DNA of 64,000 nucleotides from a virus. Numbering within the stretch: position 1 is the stretch's first letter; each line of letters begins with the position of its first letter. The DNA lies in IMG/VR virus record IMGVR_UViG_3300031576_000006, positions 32,001 through 96,000 of that record; one strand, written 5' to 3'. The notes below the pieces were generated by a model that saw only the letters and a program-made list of their open reading frames with translations, had not been told where the DNA came from and ran no database searches. The position numbers and the translations under genes were made by a program. Below, one piece after another: positions 61,921-64,000 of the stretch.

Positions 61921-64000
61921 ATGGCCAACACTAAATCAAGCATAGCAAATATTGGAGAAATTCTCGGGACTCTTCCGGCGAAGTTCACGTTCCAGAATCC
62001 TCCATTAATTGCGGCTCCCAATACAGCCATTACTGACCTATCTGGAAATGCCAGACAATTGCCGGACCCTGCTCAGGCTTTAAGACCTAGTGGCGGTATC
62101 GAACGAGTTCTTACTAAACAGCTTCGATTGATTGTTAATGAAAAAGGTCCTAACGGTGAAGCCGTATGGGGAATCAATGGGGATGACAGAATTAGATTCG
62201 TCGGTAACTGGAGCGTAACTTCCAGCACTTCCGGTGCATTCATCCATTCTACAACTTCAGGAGATTTCTTCGAAGTAACTTGGTTTGGTACTGGCTTCAA
62301 TATTCTCACTGCCTATGCAACTATTTCTGCTGCAACAACATATCAGCTAGACGGCGGCTCAGCCGTGGCTCTTTCTGGTCTGTCTGGAACATCAAGTTTC
62401 CTTGAAGCTAGAAACTATGCTGTGAATGGAGTTTATCCCACTACTAACTTGGCAACTGTTGGTAGACACACTATTCGTGTCAATTGTCTTGGTGTTCTTA
62501 AAATTTATGGAGTAGAACTCCTTGATGAATCAAGCCAAATCAAGATCCCAGCCGGTGAAGCATTTGCTAATGGTAAAAAATATACAAACTCGGCCTTGGC
62601 TTCTATCGATTACCTAAGTGGCTTTGATGGAAACCCAGTCTTGAACGGTCGCGGTGGACATGCGGTTATTTATAAACGTCTTAATGGCGTGACTGGCAAA
62701 GTTCTTCAGCAAACTGGCTCTCAAGGCAACTTTGGATCTGCGAGTCATTTAGACGAATCCGTACTTCACAGGCCAAACTTTCGAGAATTTGGTGCAAGTA
62801 GATCAGATGACTTTTCCACAATCGCCGGTTCATCCACAACAAGAGCTTATGTGCTTGACGACGGGTTAACCACTCTCATCGGTAGTGCGGTATTTGCTAA
62901 TACTAACTTAGCCACAGAAGGTCTCAGCTTCAACGCTGCGGCGAGCTACTTCACACTTACTTTCGAAGGTACCGGGCTCGACATATTCGTAGCTCTACAG
63001 GCCGCTGGCACATTTACGACGAACGTATTAATTGATGGAACGAGCATTGGAAACTTCACTAATACTGATTTAGTCGCTGGGTCATTCAGATATTTGAAGA
63101 TAGTATCTGGTCTTCCATATGGAACCCACACAGCAAAATTTGTCTCTACCGCTCAGACCCAAAACAATATTATTAATCACTTCGTGATCTATGGACCTAA
63201 AAAGCCAACGATTCCTGCTGATGCAATTGAATTGAAAAGCTATTATCTCACTTCTACTTTTGTAGCCAACACTGTAGGCTCACCGTCAACCACAAGCTTG
63301 GATACAATTTCCCAAGGCATAATGAGAAAACAGGGCCAACGAGAGATCGTTTACAACGGCACATGGTCTATCGGTTCTGTTGACGCAACCTTCCCTAATG
63401 GATATTCTATTTCATCTACGACCGTAGGAAACTATGTAGAGTACACATTTTGGGGAATCGGATTTGATCTTAGAATGTTCATGTCTACTGCTGGAACTGG
63501 TAACGTACAACTCCTACTTGATGGAGTCGCTACTAACTTTTCAGGATTCACTACGACTTTTGCTGGTCCCGCTGGTACAAGTTTTACAAATACCACGGGT
63601 CTTATCGATGGATCGGCTTCGGCTGGTTCTGGATTCGCGTCTACAACGGTCAATGGACTTACACTTGGTAAACACACTCTTAGGGCTACAATTTTGACAA
63701 CGGGTATGAATATGGTTGCTTTTGATGTAATATCTCCTATTCATTTTCCAAATACTAAAATCGGCTCTTTAGCAATGAGTCCTGGAATCCAATTAGCCTC
63801 TGATTCAGGGGCCGTGGCGGATGTAGACTTAAGTAAAGCAAAGGCGTGGATTGTTTTTGATGGTACGAATGGCGTTATTTTCGCTTCAATGAATGTAAGC
63901 GCCATGCTAAGAACGACTACTGGTACTTATCGGGTTTACTTCCAAAAACCATTTAAGAATAAGGATTACGTTGCTGTAGGTGCGGCTCAAGCAGGTACTG
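61921..64000 (+). CDS. tail fibre/RBP paralog, runs off window end
   Basis: Not in ORF track. Open from ATG 61921 (GGAG SD): MANTKSSIANIGE...GPNGEAVWG...IRFVGNW...NFREFG...LDDG.T.L...SGLPYGTHT, colinear with the C-terminal half of 53727..58277. Confidence 0.75.
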   Translation, partial: MANTKSSIANIGEILGTLPAKFTFQNPPLIAAPNTAITDLSGNARQLPDPAQALRPSGGIERVLTKQLRLIVNEKGPNGEAVWGINGDDRIRFVGNWSVTSSTSGAFIHSTTSGDFFEVTWFGTGFNILTAYATISAATTYQLDGGSAVALSGLSGTSSFLEARNYAVNGVYPTTNLATVGRHTIRVNCLGVLKIYGVELLDESSQIKIPAGEAFANGKKYTNSALASIDYLSGFDGNPVLNGRGGHAVIYKRLNGVTGKVLQQTGSQGNFGSASHLDESVLHRPNFREFGASRSDDFSTIAGSSTTRAYVLDDGLTTLIGSAVFANTNLATEGLSFNAAASYFTLTFEGTGLDIFVALQAAGTFTTNVLIDGTSIGNFTNTDLVAGSFRYLKIVSGLPYGTHTAKFVSTAQTQNNIINHFVIYGPKKPTIPADAIELKSYYLTSTFVANTVGSPSTTSLDTISQGIMRKQGQREIVYNGTWSIGSVDATFPNGYSISSTTVGNYVEYTFWGIGFDLRMFMSTAGTGNVQLLLDGVATNFSGFTTTFAGPAGTSFTNTTGLIDGSASAGSGFASTTVNGLTLGKHTLRATILTTGMNMVAFDVISPIHFPNTKIGSLAMSPGIQLASDSGAVADVDLSKAKAWIVFDGTNGVIFASMNVSAMLRTTTGTYRVYFQKPFKNKDYVAVGAAQAGT

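Noticed and set aside
56199-63132. DGR template/variable repeat or invertible shufflon among fibre genes
   Set aside because: Matches are short, direct and inside coding frames, differences are not adenine-specific, and no reverse transcriptase or invertase is in the window
70-63744. Many short antisense or alternate-frame ORFs in the track (e.g. 70..279, 577..852, 4353..4721, 9375..9809, 53795..54367)
   Set aside because: They lie inside longer, coupled, motif-bearing genes, lack SDs and read as shadow frames
1-64000. Prophage or contractile injection system in a bacterial chromosome
   Set aside because: No integrase, att site or host housekeeping genes; dense early-type ORFs and a TMP with multiple fibres fit a large lytic phage

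Overview
This 64-kb window looks like part of a large lytic myovirus-type (contractile-tail) phage genome using standard genetic code 11. Sigma70-type promoters, Shine-Dalgarno sites, a lipobox and outer-membrane beta-signals suggest a diderm, non-Bacteroidota host (inference). Positions 1-24.2 kb are mostly tightly packed small early/accessory genes, largely on the minus strand: a zincin, ABA-sandwich, PIN-like, DUF3307, C39-like peptidases, HNH, DEDDh exonuclease, PcfJ-like, metallophosphoesterase, DHH, dNMP kinase, CYTH and DUF932. From 16.6 kb, and mainly from 24.3 kb to the end, plus-strand virion genes follow: adaptor, tail chaperones, tape measure, hub, spike, fused LysM/gp25 protein, a giant baseplate J and several tail-fibre/RBP paralogs. 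The structural blocks are repeatedly preceded by a conserved motif, (ATCGCTAGCTTAGGTC)AAAAACTTAATAAT, and are interrupted by sigma70-driven inserts. No capsid, portal, terminase, sheath, polymerase, integrase or CRISPR array was recognised. Highlights: (1) a phage aminotransferase closely resembling plant TAA1/TAR/alliinase; (2) a ~172-nt promoter-driven tRNA-shaped ncRNA with an expanded D-loop and no anticodon loop, upstream of an HNH gene; (3) a riboswitch/attenuator-like leader upstream of the CYTH operon; (4) a translationally coupled array of divergent ~70-aa paralogs inside the baseplate operon; (5) a GIY-YIG/HipB-like fusion next to an initiator-like but altered tRNA-CAU. All family calls come from motif recognition by eye, not database searches.
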